Source: Welwitschia mirabilis (Eukaryota). From it: a stretch of 39,350 nucleotides of DNA. Below are positions 35,762 to 39,350 of the stretch, piece after piece. The position numbers and the translations under genes were made by a program. The number at the start of each line of letters is the position of its first letter. The stretch's first letter is position 1. The stretch is from the NCBI GenBank assembly GCA_051453625.1, contig JBOZIK010000001.1, forward strand, positions 41,405,467 to 41,444,816, written 5' to 3'. Below the pieces are notes generated by a model that worked only from the letters and a program-made list of their open reading frames with translations, searched no databases and was not told the DNA's origin.

Positions 35762-38700
35762 AGTAAAATGGAAACAAAGACAAGTATGCACCACCTCTAA
35801 TGTTCTTTTTACTTTTGACAACATAGCCACATGTAGTATTCACCTAAATCAATATCATAACATAAAATATAAATGAAAACTATATTAATTATGTAATATT
35901 TTTAGTGTAAATAAACATATAATCTCTTATAACATGCATATTGTAAACACTCTAGAGTTTGTAAATTTAAAGCATCAATAATGGTGTCATATAAATCTAT
36001 TCAAGTCCACTTCATGTTTTTAACTTTAGCATCATTCTCCTTATTAAGAAGGTAACTATGGTGTNNNNNNNNNNNNNNNNNNNNNNNNNNNNNNNNNNNN
36101 NNNNNNNNNNNNNNNNNNNNNNNNNNNNNNNNNNNNNNNNNNNNNNNNNNNNNNNNNNNNNNNNNNNNNNNNNNNNNNNNNNNNNNNNNNNNNNNNNNNN
36201 NNNNNNNNNNNNNNNNNNNNNNNNNNNNNNNNNNNNNNNNNNNNNNNNNNNNNNNNNNNNNNNNNNNNNNNNNNNNNNNNNNNNNNNNNNNNNNNNNNNN
36301 NNNNNNNNNNNNNNNNNNNNNNNNNNNNNNNNNNNNNNNNNNNNNNNNNNNNNNNNNNNNNNNNNNNNNNNNNNNNNNNNNNNNNNNNNNNNNNNNNNNN
36401 NNNNNNNNNNNNNNNNNNNNNNNNNNNNNNNNNNNNNNNNNNNNNNNNNNNNNNNNNNNNNNNNNNNNNNNNNNNNNNNNNNNNNNNNNNNNNNNNNNNN
36501 NNNNNNNNNNNNNNNNNNNNNNNNNNNNNNNNNNNNNNNNNNNNNNNNNNNNNNNNNNNNNNNNNNNNNNNNNNNNNNNNNNNNNNNNNNNNNNNNNNNN
36601 NNNNNNNNNNNNNNNNNNNNNNNNNNNNNNNNNNNNNNNNNNNNNNNNNNNNNNNNNNNNNNNNNNNNNNNNNNNNNNNNNNNNNNNNNNNNNNNNNNNN
36701 NNNNNNNNNNNNNNNNNNNNNNNNNNNNNNNNNNNNNNNNNNNNNNNNNNNNNNNNNNNNNNNNNNNNNNNNNNNNNNNNNNNNNNNNNNNNNNNNNNNN
36801 NNNNNNNNNNNNNNNNNNNNNNNNNNNNNNNNNNNNNNNNNNNNNNNNNNNNNNNNNNNNNNNNNNNNNNNNNNNNNNNNNNNNNNNNNNNNNNNNNNNN
36901 NNNNNNNNNNNNNNNNNNNNNNNNNNNNNNNNNNNNNNNNNNNNNNNNNNNNNNNNNNNNNNNNNNNNNNNNNNNNNNNTTGATATACATGAAGTACTTG
37001 CAATTATAGAAACTCCACTATTTTGACATGTTAACTCTACATCTCTCTTCTTTACATGAAACCTATACCCATTAATTGGGCATATCTTATACCTTTGTGC
37101 ATGTCTACTTGGAGGATGTGACAACCCTTTTACTTCTTTTTTTTTGGTTCTTTATTAAGCATGCCCTTTACTCTTAACTTGTAAATCTAAAACATCAAAA
37201 AATTTATATGCATACATATTATAAATATCATGATTGCATGGCCATTAATAACATTATATAGAAAGTATTATACATTACATGTTCTTCAAACTAAGTAGTA
37301 AAGCAATCTCTATGTATTTAAAGCTATGAAGAATTTGTCATTCATGAAAAGCCTCTACGAATTTCTTGTAGGTGTTGACCATACACATAATATAATTAAG
37401 GATGTATACAATAACAATAAAATAATGAAATTATGATTAACTTATGTCAAATATAATTTAATGCATAGGGTGTTAAACAACACATATCTATGTGCCTGTT
37501 TAATTTCTATGTCATTTGATATCTTTCTATCTACAACACCTAGTAATCTTCCTTTTAGATGTATAGTTGATTCATTGGAACTAGTTTTAATAACTTCCTT
37601 ACGCTGTAATGGATTTTCAAATGTATTGATATTTATCATGTACTTAGTGCAAAAACTTAATGCTTTCTCTATAAGAAAAGCTTCTAAAATACATCCCTCT
37701 AGCTTTTCTCTTGTTTTTGACATATCTTTTTAAAACTTTCAAGAACCTATATGGTAGATACATTAAAAATTTATAGTTAATTCATAAGTATTAACAAGCT
37801 ACATTTATAATAAAAGAAAAAAATTATGCTTATTATCTTTCTATAGGATACATCCATCGATATTACATAGGGCCACAAAACCTAATCTCCCTTACCAAAT
37901 GGATAGCTAAATACATTATGACATCAAAGAAAGATGAAGAAAATATTCTCTCAAGATCACAAAGTATGATAATAGTTCTNNNNNNNNNNNNNNNNNNNNN
38001 NNNNNNNNNNNNNNNNNNNNNNNNNNNNNNNNNNNNNNNNNNNNNNNNNNNNNNNNNNNNNNNNNNNNNNNNNNNNNNNNNNNNNNNNNNNNNNNNNNNN
38101 NNNNNNNNNNNNNNNNNNNNNNNNNNNNNNNNNNNNNNNNNNNNNNNNNNNNNNNNNNNNNNNNNNNNNNNNNNNNNNNNNNNNNTATTTGTCATGTACT
38201 TATGCTTCCTCTATAAGAAAAGCTTCTAAAATGCTTCCCTCTATTTTGTTCTTGTTTCTGACATACCCTTTTAAAACTTTCAAGAACCTAAATGATATAC
38301 ATGTCAAAACTTTACAATTAATTCTTAATTATTAACAAGCTACATTATGGCCAAAAAAAAGTATTCTTATTACCTTTCTATAGGATATATCCATTGATAT
38401 TACACAAGCCTGTAAAACCTAACCTCCCTTTTCAAATGAATAGGTAAAGGCATAATTATATCGAAGAAGGGTAAAGAACATATTTTCTCAAGATCACAAA
38501 GTATGATAACAATTCTTGATTTTNNNNNNNNNNNNNNNNNNNNNNNNNNNNNNNNNNNNNNNNNNNNNNNNNNNNNNNNNNNNNNNNNNNNNNNNNNNNN
38601 NNNNNNNNNNNNNNNNNNNNNNNNNNNNNNNNNNNNNNNNNNNNNNNNNNNNNNNNNNNNNNNNNNNNNNNNNNNNNNNNNNNNNNNNNNNNNNNNNNNN

Positions 38701-39350
38701 NNNNNNNNNNNNNNNNNNTGAGTATTTGATGCATGCCCATCTGGAAGTGTCAACTCTAATAACATATTGAGACAAGAATTCTTTTCTTGTACTAACATCA
38801 CAAAACTAGCAGGTGGAAGGAATGCCTTTTTATCATCACTTATCATAATGGATGAAAGATCATCTCTGATACCTAGCTCTTTTAGATAAAATTGTGCTTC
38901 AAGCTTATCCTTTGATTTTCCTTTAATATTTAGGATAGTGCTGAGCAAGCTCTCACAGACAGTTATTTCAATATGCATAACATCCAAATTATGTCGAACA
39001 TCATTTTCCTATGTACATCTTNNNNNNNNNNNNNNNNNNNNNNNNNNNNNNNNNNNNNNNNNNNNNNNNNNNNNNNNNNNNNNNNNNNNNNNNNNNNNNN
39101 NNNNNNNNNNNNNNNNNNNNNTTCCTTTAATATTTAGGATAGTGCTGAGCAAGCTCTCACAGACAGTTTTTTCAATATGCATAACATCCAAATTATGTCG
39201 AACATCATGTTCCTATGTACATCTTAAAAATGAAAAAGGTATTAACTGAAATCATAAGAAAGAAAAATAATTTATTACTAAACTATTTTATAAACTTTTA
39301 TTACCTCCTAATATGTGAGATTAAATAGTATTTATCTCTTTTTCAATCTA
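35762..39350 (-). pseudogene. CACTA TnpD transposase remnant (C-terminal half), multi-exon, broken by assembly gaps
   Basis: VRHNLDVMHIEKTVCESLLSTILNIKGKSKD, LPDGHASN, LCDLERIFSSSFFDVIMYLAIHLVRE...RWMYPIER (DUF4218-type), EGCILEAFLIEKALSFC, and INGYRFH...QNSGV. Confidence 0.9.

Larger units (their letters stand above)
31722..39350 (-). mobile_element. CACTA (En/Spm) transposon with TnpA and TnpD coding remnants; 3' end in window, continues past window end
   Basis: TIR TACTATAAGAAATATAG (C>T at position 1) with the same subterminal repeats as 11448. Transposase motifs on the - strand. Confidence 0.9.

Noticed and set aside
36001-37124. Long 315-370 aa ORFs in the ORF track
   Set aside because: Artefacts of reading through N runs.
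38918-39225. Near-identical ~105 bp duplication flanking the gap at 39022-39121
   Set aside because: Almost identical copies directly either side of a 100-N gap are most likely an unmerged contig overlap or alleles.

Overview
AT-rich plant genomic DNA made entirely of nested, decayed transposable elements. I found no intact host gene, RNA gene or CRISPR array. The backbone is an Athila-type Ty3/gypsy element on the + strand; its 5' LTR lies upstream of the window and its 3' LTR is at ~30433-31697. It is interrupted three times. (1) A Sirevirus (SIRE/Maximus Ty1/copia) on the - strand at 692-10086, with a perfect ATACA TSD, two ~1.28 kb LTRs, a Met PBS and an env-like ORF. (2) A non-autonomous CACTA element at 11448-18217 (CTT TSD) inserted inside the RT domain. 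It carries pseudogenised host gene fragments: PFK5-type phosphofructokinase, insulin-degrading enzyme/M16 peptidase and GFAT, at least the first two apparently intronless. (3) A 6.1 kb pol-less relative of the backbone family at 21893-28023. Just beyond the backbone's 3' LTR starts a second CACTA of the same TIR family (31722 to window end) with decayed TnpA and TnpD exons on the - strand. The most notable feature is the Pack-CACTA with apparently mRNA-derived cargo, sitting near a transposase-coding family member. All protein identifications come from manual translation and remembered motifs, not database searches.
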